This document shows positions 40,795-54,172 of a stretch of DNA of 64,000 bases, in pieces. The first letter of the stretch is position 1, and each line of letters begins with the position of its first letter. This DNA comes from Octopus sinensis (Eukaryota). The position numbers and the translations under genes are program-made. The stretch lies in contig NC_042997.1 in the NCBI RefSeq assembly GCF_006345805.1, forward strand, positions 120,280,001 through 120,344,000. The letters are read 5' to 3'. The notes beneath the pieces are model-generated. The model was not told the DNA's origin. It did not search any database and worked only from the letters and a program-made list of their open reading frames with translations.

Positions 40795-42652
40795 TCACTG
40801 TCACCACTCCTCTTTTGTTTAGCCTTAATACCTTTCTCAAAACTGCTCAATGACGTGCAGTAAGGGTATAAAACGTTTGATAAAAATATAAATCATCTCA
40901 TTTACATGGATGATTTAAAGCGTTTTGCAAAGAAAGACCAACAACTCAAGGGCTTACTAGCGATAGTCAAACAATTCAGTGATGACATCAGAACGCAATT
41001 CGGCCTCGATAAATGTGCAAAAGCTACATTTATCAAAGGAAAAATGACAGAAACATCTAACATTAACCTTGACCAGCAGAATGTCATAAATGAACTAGAC
41101 CCAGCGGAGAGCTACAAGTACCTAGGGGTAATTGAAGGGAACGGAATAAGGCATTCAGAGATGAAGGAAAGGATCAGGAGAGAATGTTATCGAAGAGTGA
41201 GAGCAATACTCAAGACAGAGCTGAATGCAAGAAACAGGATCGAAGCGATCAATGCATTAGCCATACCAGTCGTGACTTACAGTTTCAATATCGTTAACTG
41301 GTCAATTACTGAAATATGTCAGCTCGACAGAAAAATACGAAAACCGTTGACAATGCATAGAATGCACCACCCTAAGGCAGATACAGAACGACTTTATCTG
41401 CCAAGAAAAGAGGGAGGCCGTGGTCTTTTACAACTGGCAATAACAATGAAGATTGCTACAATTGGACTAGATACCTCCCTGAAAAAGTCTGAGGACTGGA
41501 TGTTAAAACTTGTCTCAAAACATGAAACAAGAAAGCATCATACTCAGTAACAAAACAGGCAAAGGAATATCTAAGTGAATTCCGAATACAACAAATTTCG
41601 GAATTAGAGATAGACACACAAGAAACAAGCACAGAAAAAGCTAGGTGCATGAAAACCAGTGCCAAAACTGCGGCCTTAGATATTCTGAATAATAAATGGC
41701 AAGAAAAACCTCTCTATGTCAAATACCCAAAGAGAGCGAATAATGCAGATATTGACAAAGCCCTGACCCATCAATGGCTAATGGCTTCTGGCTTAAAATC
41801 TGAAACAGAAGGGTTTATCATAGCAGCTCAAGATTAATGCCTACCATCAAGAAACTACCAGGTCAACATATTAAAGAACGGCAGTAGCCCAACATGTCGT
41901 GTATGCCGACAACAAAATGAAACCATTGATCATGTGGTCTCCAAATGCAGTCTTCTAGCGCCTACAGAGTACCTCAACAGGCATGATAGAGCTGCACAAT
42001 ATATTCACTGGGTAATTTGCAAAAACCTGGATTTGCCCCATGAAAAAAACTGGTGGGAACACAATCCTCCACCAGTGCTTGAAAATGATCACATCTCACT
42101 CCTCTGGAGCTTCACCATTCAAACTGACAGGAAGATAGATGCAAATAGGCCAGACATCATATTGAAAAACTTCAGACAAAGAACATGCGTCCTCATTGAT
42201 ATGACTGTCCCAATCGATATAAACGTATCTGTCAAGACCTACAAATAACTGAGCAAATATAAAGATCTTGAAATAGAAATCAGCAAAATGTGGAACCTTA
42301 AGACTAAAACAATACCTGTTGTCATAGGTGCCCTGGGAATGATAGCGAAAGGGGCTGATTGCTACCTAACTCAGATACCAGGAAACCCCAAAATGGCAGA
42401 AATTCAAAAGATAGTGCTCATGGGAACTGCTCATATCCTGCGCAAAATACTCTCTATGTAATCCCAAGGTTGAAAACAAACTTTTTTTTAAATTTATTTA
42501 TTAGACATTCACTAGTACAACACCAAAAAACCCCCCAAATATATGGCACACTAGGCATAACAATAACGTGAACTTCCAACCTGTTGTCTCTTGAGGCCTC
42601 TGGGTGAGGCTTGGAGCCAACTTGTACAGACATAAAGCAAAAGTCAAACATA
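40795..42652 (+). mobile_element. 5'-truncated R4/Dong-clade non-LTR retrotransposon (RT, CCHC knuckle, restriction-like endonuclease), decayed
   Basis: SLSPLLFCLAL, HLIYMDDLK, FGLDKCA, YKYLGV, LYLPRKEGGRGL, CRVC..ETIDHVVSKC, RHD, ANRPDI, IDMTVP, KYKDL. Flanked by (AAT)n on both sides. Confidence 0.92.
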
Positions 42653-42662
42653 GAATAATAAA

Positions 42663-42726
<64 letters not shown>

Positions 42727-42742
42727 TTAATAATAATAATAA

Positions 42743-43997
42743 TAGCCATTAACAAGGCAGCACCAACAATTATAAAATATATATGATACTCTATGAATAA
42801 ATGGCAGACAATGCTACAGCTCCAAACAAAAGAGAGACTCGTGAAGACCAAAGCCATCCCCATTAGAAGGGGAATATTCCAGGGAGACACGCTCTCTCCA
42901 CTCCTTTTCTGCTTGGCACTGTCACCTCTATCTGATATGCTAAATAGAACTGGATGCGGATATAAATGTTACGGTAAAACGATTAGCCACCTTTTATATA
43001 TGGATGACCTAAAACTATACGCTACAAATGACAAACAGCTGGAAACAGTACTAAAGACTGTTCATGGATTTACCAAAGAAATAGATATGAAATTTGGATT
43101 AGAAAAATGCGTCAAAGTAACCCTGAAAAGAGGAAAACTAGTTAAGAGTAGCAACATCACACTAGATAAATCCAATGAAATAAGACAATTAGACCAAAGT
43201 CAAACTTACAAATATTTCAGATACATGAACTAGATAAGACACAACACACACAAATGAAAGAGAAAATAAAAAAAGAATACTATAGACGAGTTAGAGCAAT
43301 ACTAAAAACAGAGCTCATTGCTAAAAACAAGATAATAGGTATTAACACTTTAGCCGTCCCAGTTATAAGTTACAGCTACAATATCCTTAACTGGACACTA
43401 AATGAACTAACCAAAATAGATAGAAAAACAATATTCACAGACATGACAGAGTTGGAACCTACATACATTGGAAGTTATGTCAACATTATGGAATAACAAC
43501 AGAAAAAAGATGGTGTAGGCACACACCACAAAAGGTCACAGAAAGCGAGAACCAACCATACTCTGGGATATGCCAATACACAAAGATAGAGAAATTAAGG
43601 CCAACAGACTAGACATAGTTGTCAGAGATCATGAAGGAAAAATATTCTTTCTAATTGATGTATCAATACCAGCAGATGACAACGTGTCTCTAAAAGAAAT
43701 GAAGAAACTTTCAAAATACAAAGACCTGGAAACAGAGGTAACTAGAATGTGGAATCTAAAAACAGAAATAATTCCAATCATTAGGCATGATAAAAAATTA
43801 TTCAGACAAATACATAACAAAAAACAGCAGGACTTACAAACACATATAACATACAGACACTGGACACTACACATATCCTACACAAAACACTTTCAATACA
43901 GTAACCATCAGAGCATCACAACAAAACACAGCACATACTCAAGGCACACAGAGCTGCGCACGGTAGTGAAGTGAAAGCACGATATAAAAAAAAACAC

Positions 43998-43998
<1 letters not shown>
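42743..43998 (+). mobile_element. Second R4/Dong-clade LINE family, 5'-truncated and internally deleted
   Basis: RGIFQGDTLSPLLFC, HLLYMDDLKLY, FGLEKC, ANRLDIVV, IDVSIP, KYKDL. Ends in (AAT)n. Confidence 0.9.
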
Positions 43999-44052
<54 letters not shown>

Positions 44053-44085
44053 GAAGAAGAAGAAGAAGAAGAAGAATAAGAAGAC

Positions 44086-44133
<48 letters not shown>

Positions 44134-44140
44134 TAATAAT

Positions 44141-44690
44141 AAATGCCCTGATCCATTACTAGGCAGTGGCTCTCGTGGCTTCTGATCTTAACTGATTGGA
44201 AGTTTTATCATGTACACTGTTTTGTCTTGGTATAAAAGATGGGCTACAGCAAATATTCTGCTCAATACTACAGAGTTGCTTGTCAGTTGTTTGACCTTAA
44301 CCAGTTGACCATGTCCGTTAGTGGCTGAGGATATGTGCATCTCCGATCATGAGCAGAAGTAGTGGGGGAGCCTTGTGTTGAAAGAAATTCTTAGAGGTTT
44401 GGATAATTCACCTTCGGAAACATATGTGGTGTGTTCAACATCCTTTAACAATCCTTATTCAGGGACTTTTTGAGCCGCATAGGCTACTCGACCAGAAGAA
44501 AATTCTAACTGGGCTCCACCTGCAAGGTGATGTGCTATTTATCTTGATATGAGATCACCATGTCGCGCACATATGGTTGTGATGCATGTGCGTGTTATAC
44601 CCTTATCAGACGGGTAGTAATGGTAGGTATACTGGGTTTCGTATTTTTTACCCTAGTGTCACTTTGATGGCATGCACTGCTTTTTCACTC
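44141..44690 (+). mobile_element. ~550-bp apparently non-coding retroelement piece between (AAT)n tracts
   Basis: Ends ...CACTCAATAATAAT. Its 3' ~100 bp recurs in reverse complement at ~8325-8425, also next to an ATT repeat. Confidence 0.65.
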
Positions 44691-44718
44691 AATAATAATA
44701 GTAATATTAATGATAATC

Positions 44719-44757
<39 letters not shown>

Positions 44758-44759
<2 letters not shown>

Positions 44760-45355
44760 CGCTGACAAATGGTATAAACACCATCCTGAAGCTGTGACTG
44801 AGGGAGAAAATGTGACGATTCTATGGGAATTCCCCGTACATACCGACAACACTATAAAAGCTATTAAACCCGATATTATTATATAAGATCAGACAAAATG
44901 TATGTGTTTATTAATTGACATGAGTAATCCTTGCGACCACAATATAGCGGCGAAAGTATTTGACAAGATTTTGTAAATATAAAGACTTGCTAACAGAAAT
45001 TGAAAAGAATGTGGCATCTAAAGCCGACTACAGTACCAGTGATTGTAGGATCTCTAGGAATGATAAAAAAGGGACTGAAACCTATTTGAAAATGATACCC
45101 GGCTTACCATTCCTACAGGAAGTACAAAAAATCGTATTAACTGGAACGGGTCATGTAATGAGAAGAGCATTATCTCTGTGAAAACAACATCCGTTCATGA
45201 ATTTATTTATTTATTAATTTTTTAAAATACATATTTTACCTGTGAATTTGCGTGTGTAATCTGGGAATGCGTTCTATGAGCGTCTCTGCCCTAGGTGTAC
45301 GGAAAACACTCGGCGAGAAACGGAAGAAAATTTGAAGAAAGAAGGGAAAAAAAAT
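44758..45355 (+). mobile_element. Third R4/Dong-clade LINE 3' fragment (endonuclease region and 3' UTR)
   Basis: KWYKHHPEAVTEGENVTILWEFPVHTDNTIKAIKPDII, LIDMS, KYKDL, LQEVQKIVLTGTGHVMRRALSL. Confidence 0.85.
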
Positions 45356-45706
45356 AAGAGTTATAATAATAATTATAATTATGGGGTACCTCTTCGGTTG
45401 CGAACATGACATCCATTATTGGATATGCCTTTCCCCTCGTTAGATATGTAATATTCTTCCACATAGTGGCCAGGCATTTCTCTATTTTTGCCTTTTTCAA
45501 AATGTTTGAAGCGTTTATTCTCTGGACAGTAAGATTTAAACATTACTGTTTTCCTTAATATCATCGTCCCCTTTCTTCATTCTTCCGAAATATTCTTCCA
45601 GTTTTTGAAATAGAATTTCTATGGTGTTAGTTGCCACTGCGACAACTGCTGAAATTTTTTTTTGCACTGCTGGCACTTCCACCAATATCAACACCACTCT
45701 ATTCGA

Positions 45707-45839
<133 letters not shown>

Positions 45840-46362
45840 TATATACATTTTTATTTAATAATTTTGAACGGCAAACTTGGTCAAAAATTAATTCAATAAA
45901 CAGAGATATCGCTGCCACTTAAAGTGGAAGCCTATAATAAATTTTAATCTAATAGAAGATAATAGTTATAATCAGACACCCGCTAGGGGTGGGGCACAAA
46001 AACAAAGTTTCAAACGACTTAAAGTAGTTCAAATTTTTAAACAGAATTCGAAAAAAATAGCAATGTCACAATAGCCACATAAATAAATTTAACAGTTCCT
46101 ATTTCCCGGTCTACCTGGGAATAGTAAAAAGAAATACTGTTCAAGAAATACAACAACGGTAACAATTCAAAATAAATGGAATCCAACAATAGTAAAACTT
46201 ATCAGCACAAAAAAAGACCATGGCGTACGACCGGAAGCAAGCTTCTTACCACATAACCAAACCTGCGCATTTACAAACTAGCTATGCACACATAGGAACA
46301 TATACATACATATCAACATATATATGTGTGTGTGTGTGTGTGCGTGTGTGTGTGTGTATTTA

Positions 46363-46748
46363 TCTCTCTATATATAAACGGCAGTTTGTCTGTGCGTGTT
46401 TCTGTGTGTCTGTTTGCTTGTACCCTCACCCTGACCACGGCTTTCAACCGATTCTGATGAAACTTGACACACACATAGCCCAATGTCATAATTCAAAACT
46501 AACGCAGCGAAAATTTTGAAAAGTTCCCCCAGTTCTGAAAAAAATCAATAAATTCGACATGGGGTCGAGAATCAGGAACACAAACCACAAACTGTGTAGG
46601 GGACACAACTCCACCTTTTTTAACTATCAAAAAAAAATTTACCATCATTTTTTTCCCATTTTTTTGCTGTTTTTTGGCTATAACTCTCTAAAAATGCTTT
46701 ATAGTTATTTCCCTTACAAACCTGAGCAACGCCGGGCGATACTGCTAG
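46363..46748 (+). mobile_element. Non-autonomous Helitron
   Basis: A|TCTCTCTATATATAAA 5' end, (TGTC)-like block, 3' GC-rich hairpin CCTGAGCAACGCCGGG followed by CTAG|T. No TSD. Confidence 0.8.
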
Positions 46749-46853
46749 TATATATATATATATATACATGTACACATACACACACGCACACACACACGCA
46801 CGCCCACGCGCGCACACACACACACACACACATACACACATACACACACACAC

Positions 46854-46891
<38 letters not shown>

Positions 46892-47887
46892 CTATCAAAC
46901 AGACAGAAAAACCACTGGTGTCCCTTTCAAACCTGAACGGTAGCAACTACGTAAATGTACGTATTTTTATTTACGTGTTGCTCTTCGAAAAGGAAAAGAA
47001 TGATTGATCTGATTGGAGTTTTTATTCTATTTAGAATCATCCTTTGAGAGGTGAAAGAAGACGTGTTTGCAATTTGTCAGTGAAAATATTTATACATTTA
47101 TACTGTAGAGATATGTATTCATGATATATCACCACTACATTGTGCGCAGTTTAGCTTTGAATTGAAATATCTTCCAGAGAAACAAGTTAAAATTTATGGA
47201 AATTGGAAATTCGAATTCTGTGATACCATATTAAAATGGTTTATAAAGCCAATAGATTTTTGTGGTTGTTTGGTCAGTTGGGGGCCATGTCGATTTTAAA
47301 TAAAATGGAAGCTAGTGACAGTGGAATGTTTCTCTTTCCTTTCACGTGATCATCCTGTTCAAATGACAACGTGACACGATCACTTTCCACTTATATATTT
47401 TATTTTTATTTCTATTTTCTTCTTTTCGAAGATCAGTGCTACATTTAGCGCATCACTTATATTAGCCGTGATTGCAAAAAATGCGCCATTGCTCTTAAAG
47501 GCTTTAGAAACTTGGTTTTTACTCTTTGGTAGGGGGCAGTCATGAATGCTAGCTATTTGATTGATATATCTCAAATTATACTGTTTGTATGTTTTACGTC
47601 AAATTTTCCACTATCTTCACCGAGTTTTTCCTGAGATACGCAATTATTTGAGCCACGTTTGTGATTATTATATCCTGCTACTACTTGTGAATAGGAAAAT
47701 TCGGTAAGAGAGGACTGAACCTGAGTTTAGAAATTATAACTGCCCACGTATCAAGAAATTTGTTTCCCGTCAAACACAAATGCGTTTTGTTTTATTAAGT
47801 TCAACGTTAATCTTATTTTTTTTCATTAAGTTCAACAGAACTGTATTATCATACGTTTGTTCTTCACAGACACAACGATAATAGTGA

Positions 47888-47956
<69 letters not shown>

Positions 47957-47997
47957 CAGTAGTTTTATTTTTATAGCGTGCTTTCACTTCACTACCG
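47957..47997 (-). mobile_element. Tiny 3' terminus of the second Dong-like family
   Basis: Reverse complement CGGTAGTGAAGTGAAAGCACG matches 43961-43981. It abuts (ATT)n. Confidence 0.75.
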
Positions 47998-48116
47998 ATT
48001 CTTCTTCTTCTTCTCTTCTTCTTCTTCTTCTTCTTCTTCTTCTTCTTCTTCTTCTTCTTCTTCTTCTCCTTCTTCTTCTTCTTCTTCTTCTTCTTCTTCT
48101 TCTCCTCCTTCTTCTT

Positions 48117-48147
<31 letters not shown>

Positions 48148-48191
48148 TTATTATTATTATTATCATCATCATCATCATTATTATTATTATA

Positions 48192-48249
<58 letters not shown>

Positions 48250-48304
48250 GTCGTTGTTGTTGTTGTTGTTGCTGCTGTTGTTGCTGCTGTTGTTGCTGTT
48301 AATG

Positions 48305-48850
48305 ATAATATAGGCAAACTTGAAAAGAGGAAAATTAATAAACAACAAGCCAAAACTATATTGCTATATAAGATAATGAAACAGAGATAAAAGACTTTCA
48401 CGAAAACTGACTTACGAACTTACGAACATTTAGTAATTAAACAACTAGATATTGCACCACAGAAACTCAAGAAAATAAAATATTACGAAGTAAGAGTATA
48501 GACGCTTTGATAAATACTTATAAGAGAACTTAATGACAAAAAGAAAGTAACAGGTATGAATACACAAGTTGGTCAAACAATAAGTTGTATTGATAATATT
48601 CTCAACTATGTGCTAAGTGAATAAGCAAGACTAGACAGGAAAACAAACAAAATAAGTATTAATATTGGATGCAGCTATATTATGCCATGCGACACAGCGA
48701 GTCTGTAATTACCATGGATAGGGAGGTAGGGGCCTTTTGCAATAAGAAATACTGAAGTACTTCTAAGAAATATAAATATAGTCAGCAAAGAATGAAAGGA
48801 AAATGTTAACAAATACATGCAACGAACTATAAATGAAGTTTGGAAACAGA
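48305..48850 (+). mobile_element. Highly decayed Dong-like LINE RT fragment
   Basis: Remnants LKRGKL, ELNDKKKVTGMNT, RLDRKT and GGRGLLQ occur in the same order as in the 40795 and 42743 copies. Confidence 0.55.
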
Positions 48851-49384
48851 ACTCGTAGTTTAATCTGGGAGTGAGGTGGTGCAGTAAAAACGTACATATG
48901 CTTTCTAGATTCAGCGTAAATTGTCAAGAATGTTCTCTATAAAAGGTAGAAATAAGAAAAAAAAGAAATTAAAATGATGTCCAGAAAAATATAAGCTGCT
49001 ATTGAGACAGAGAAGTATACTATTCATCTTAGAACAAAAGCTCTGGTTCGATATGAAGCATGATTAAAACGGGCAAAACTCAAATAACATTGACCAAAAG
49101 AACAATAGCAAAATCAACGATATTAGCAACAATAATACAATAATTGCTTCAAAGTTGGGCACCAGCCAGCAATTTTGAGAGGAGGGGTTTGGTTAATGTC
49201 ATCGATCTGAGTTCCTGGCCGTTTCTTATTTTATCGACATGGACAGGATGAAAGGCAAGGCTGATCTCCGAGGAATTCCAACTGAGAAAGGAAAGAGGCA
49301 GAAGTAATGGCGCGAACGATTATGCCAGATCACCACATTAACAAAAACAACAACAACAAAAACAACAACAGCAATAATAATAAC

Positions 49385-49443
<59 letters not shown>

Positions 49444-49546
49444 TAATAATATGCATTAATCATCGTACTAATGAATCCCAAGCGTTTTCCTGCGTCAGAA
49501 CTTGATTCTATTTCACCAAATTTTAACATATATTTGCCATGTTGTA

Positions 49547-50867
49547 CGAGGGTGAGTCAAAAAGTAATGCAATTTTGTTTAGGACAGGTATAATTACCAA
49601 CACAGGAACATGTATTATACATCGAAATGAAGCTGGTCCTCTGTGGATAATATCCTTACTTCTCAACAGAGTCACCGTTTCTCTCAATAGCAATGTTCCA
49701 CCTTCGAATGAGAGAATGTATTCCTACCCCGTAAAATTCTGTTGACTGTTTTTTGAGCCACTTCTTCACTACAGTTTTCACTTCCTCTTCACTGGAATAA
49801 TATTTGCCTCTCAAACCCTCTTTCATGGGTTCTAACAGATGATAGTCTGAAAACGCTAAATCTGATGAGTATGGAGGATGCGGCAAAGTTGTCCACCTGA
49901 ATGAGGCGATTGTCTCCCTTGTCCTGACGCTTGTGTGTGGTCGAGCATTGTCATGCAGAAGGAGGACATTGTCGATTGGCAAGTTGGATCTTACTCGTCG
50001 GATTCTTGCTCTGAGCCTCGTCAGGGTTTCAATGTAGACCTCAGAGTTTGTTATTTTTCTTTTTGGCAAGAAATCAACCAGAATAACGCATTGAGAATCC
50101 CAAAAGACAGTCGCCGGATTTTTGCTACTAACTTTTGCGTCTTGAACTTTTGGGGTGGAGGTAATATAGAGTGGCGCCATTCCATTGACTGCCTCTTTGA
50201 TTCCGGTTCATAATGATGAACCGATGTTTCATCACCTGTTGCGAGCTTTCGAAAGGTGTTGCCTCTTTGACTTTGTTCCAGAAATTCAGTGCAAGCATTG
50301 ACCCTCTCAGTCTTGCGTTCGGTAGTCAGCTCACTCCGTACCCAACGGACACACACTTTTGAAAAGCCAAGTGATTCGACAATGTTGTAAACACTTCCAT
50401 GGCTCACTGCAAGGTTTCCTGCCAAATCATCAAGAGTTATACACCTATCTTCTCTGATCAGAGCATCTGCTTTTGCTTTATTGTCAGGATTCACAGAAAC
50501 GGACGGACGGACGGCCAGAACGGGACTTATCGGCTACACTCACAGTTCCCACCTTTTCATCTTTCAGACGATTGACTTCCTTACATATTTTGCTATAAGC
50601 GAAAGTGTTGTCCACAAATCGTCGCTGAATATTCACATGGGTTTTCCCCTCAGCAACAAGTAATTCAATCAATGCTCTTTGTTTTTGACGTAACTCTAAG
50701 AGAGCAGCCATTTTGAATTCATCAGTCAAAAAACTGGAAAAGTAAGAAACAAAATATTTCAGAACGTGAGTGACATAATTATTTATAACTGGGAAAATGT
50801 TCAGTTATTTTTATCAAAGACTTCACTTGAAATAAAGAAAATGGCATTACTTTTTGACTCACCCTTG
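49547..50867 (-). mobile_element. mariner (DD34D) DNA transposon, full length, frameshifted transposase
   Basis: TA|CGAGGGTGAGTCAAAAAGTAATGC ... GCATTACTTTTTGACTCACCCTTG|TA. Motifs WVRSEL, TGDET, LHDNARPH, YSSDLAFSD (D-34-D). Confidence 0.95.
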
Positions 50868-51001
50868 TATTACGTATTTATGACACACCATAAACTTTAC
50901 AAGAAACTGTACAATACAAAATACGTATATACATATTTATTTATGTGAAATAATGTATTCGTATACTTACTTAAGCGTTAGTTAATAATCTAGGAGATAT
51001 C

Positions 51002-51400
51002 GGCAGCGAGCTGGCAGAAACGTTAGCACGCCGGGCGAAATGCTTAGCGGTATTTTGTCTGCCGCTACGATCTGAGTTCAAATTCAGTCGAGGCCGACTT
51101 TGCCTTTCATCCTTTCGGGGTCGATAAATTAAGTACTAGTTACGCACTGGGGTCGATATAATCGACTTAATCCGTTTGTCTGTCCTTGTTTGTCCTCTCT
51201 GTGTTAAGCCCCTTGTGGGTAGTAAAGAAATAGGTATTTCGTCCGTCTTTACGTTAAGATCAAATTCTGGTGATCTTGACTTTGCATTTCATCTAGTTTT
51301 GGGGTCGAAAGAATGAGTACAAGTTGAAGTACACTTTGTCGATTTAAACGAGTTAACAGTTTCCCCAAATTTGCCAGCGAGGTGCCAAAATTTGAAATTA
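51002..51400 (+). mobile_element. SINE family 3 (tRNA head plus Meta-domain-like block) with partial tandem unit
   Basis: GGCAGCGAGCTGGCAGAAACGTTAGC...GAGTTCAAATTC...GCCTTTCATCCTTTCGGGGTCGATAAATTAAGTAC. A second unit restarts at ~51233. Confidence 0.8.
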
Positions 51401-51826
51401 ATATCTAAGAGAAATCTATTAACTTATCTACACAAGTTAAAACGGTCTGTTTAAACGAATACACTCATAGTCATACACATATGTAAACATCCTCGAGCAC
51501 ATATAAACACACGCACACGAAAACATACACAGTTGCGAAATATAAAATAGTTAACACATTATCAGCCTTTAAATCCTCTTCCTTAACATTCTAGGTAGTA
51601 TTTTTGTATATGTACTCACCATTTTTTTCATCGTTCTTTTCGTTTCTTTCTTTGGCATTCTTCTGGGAGAAGATGAATTGATGTTTTCAAAATATCCACT
51701 TTACGTTTTACGGTAATTATATTTCGGCATCACACCTTGATTCTATTGTCAAACTGGGTAGGTATGTCACACATTAATGTGACCACAAGCCACTATGTAG
51801 ATACGTATTTATAAGCTACATATATG

Positions 51827-51926
<100 letters not shown>

Positions 51927-53074
51927 ATGTGTATACATATGTGTGTGTGTATGTATTTGAGTGAGTTTGAGTAAACGAGGGTATTTGTGTGTGAGTGGGA
52001 ATAGTTATATCACTTTTAAGTTATCACGTTGAAGCGCTAACACGGTGTCCCCTGGACGTAGCAACACATCGAGTATCTTCCTCAACATATCATAACATAC
52101 GCGGATTTGACAGTCATATTCTAATATTTATCTCTCATTCCATATCTCTGTTTTTAAACTTGACGACTTTATCTTTTCACTAGTGTCGCTAAATTCACAC
52201 CCCTTAATATATATTTAAACATCAGCCATGTTGTGTTTTATTTGAATTACTTCCTCTCCATAATATCTTGCGGAACGTTGAATTTTGTAGCATTGCTCTT
52301 CTCTTCCATTCCTTCCTTTAATATATTCTGGGACACTCTTTCAGTAACGTCATTTAATTTTTGTAATACGGGTTTCAATAATATTAATGCTTGTTTCAAA
52401 TTTTGGCACGAGGCCAACAATTCCGGGTTTGGAGGGTTGTAGTAAGTCGATAACATTGACCCCGGTGACCAAATGAGGACGATCTCAGTGCTTGTTTTAT
52501 CGAAACCGAGTTGATGGAAGCAAAGTGGATATCGGCTAAATTTGAATTCAGAACGCACAGAGCGATGAAATGGCGCAAAACATATTGCCCAGTGTGATAA
52601 TTGTTCTGCTAAATCACTGTCTAAAGTTTCTAATAGAATATTCCTGTACACATAGATCAAAGCATTTTCTTTTAGTTTCTAATTCTTTTCATTTTACTCC
52701 TCTGACATTTATTAGGTTTCTTTTTCTTAGCGCCAATTGTTCAAGCTTCACTGTTGTAACATTATAGCGGTTCTTTATTTGTATCATCTTTCGTTCTCAC
52801 TGTTGTGGAGTAGGTATTTTACACACGCATATACACACATATGTGCATGCACGCATGTATATATATATATACAATAATTATAATATTACATCGTAATATA
52901 TATGTTTAAAGCGATATTTATATATATAAATTTAACTGAAAAATGATGAGCTAACAATCGAACCCACATATCAACGATTACACGGCTGCATGCTCATCCT
53001 GTTGGGCCAAACGCTCACCCATCAGTTATATACTCAATATATCTAATACTATATATAATATTTTTATTCTGATA

Positions 53075-53540
<466 letters not shown>

Positions 53541-53635
53541 ATAAACAAACCAGGGGGCTTTGAATGTTACGGAGACGAAGCAACTATGGAAGTCTATTAC
53601 TGAAACAATAATTATAATGATATATCATAATAATA

Positions 53636-54172
53636 TTAGGACCCAGCAAAACATCTTTTCCAGCTGGCTATCGACATATAGTCTGTGTCCGTATAGTGTC
53701 TGCCAGGAAGGTTATCGCTCCCATCTCCGGTCTTACGTGATACTCACAGACCATGGTTTCTGAGTGGTTACTCGTCCTCAGTGTGAGATAATAACTGGCT
53801 GTTTTTCCACTCGCAACAACTATATATTCTTGATCGCTTATAGAGAAAAGCAACCTGTTTTAAATCTCTTAGCGAGAAGTATATAATAACAGTATACCGA
53901 ATAGTAAATTTTGGTATTTGCCAACAGAATGTAGCGGTCTGATAAGTGACGATGTCACTGTTGTTTTAGCTCCAGGAAAACATCTTTTCCAGCTGTCTAT
54001 CGATACACAGCCTCGTCCGTGTAGTGTTTTGCAAGGGAGATCGTAGCTCTCATGTCCAGCCTTACGAGATACAGACTATGATTTGTGGGTGGTTACCAAT
54101 CCAATCCTCAGTGTGAGACACCCATTGGCAGTTAATGTAAGCTTTCTCCACTCGCAAACACTATATATACTT
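53636..54172 (-). mobile_element. Family C: retrozyme/PLE pLTR-like partial tandem, ~325-330 bp period, two hammerheads
   Basis: ACATCTTTTCCAGCTG at 53651 and 53980. TCCTCAGTGTGAGA and TCCACTCGCAA each occur twice. Confidence 0.8.
53743..53787 (-). ncRNA. Minimal type-I hammerhead ribozyme, canonical core
   Basis: CUCACA-CUGAGGA-cGAGUaaccACUCa-GAAAC-caug-GUC^UGUGAG. Perfect 6-bp stem I, palindromic stem III ACCAUGGU. A decayed second copy lies at ~54069-54117. Confidence 0.85.

Noticed and set aside
46455-46470. CTGATGAAAC inside the Helitron
   Set aside because: The boxes overlap with no stem II, so it is part of the Helitron body.
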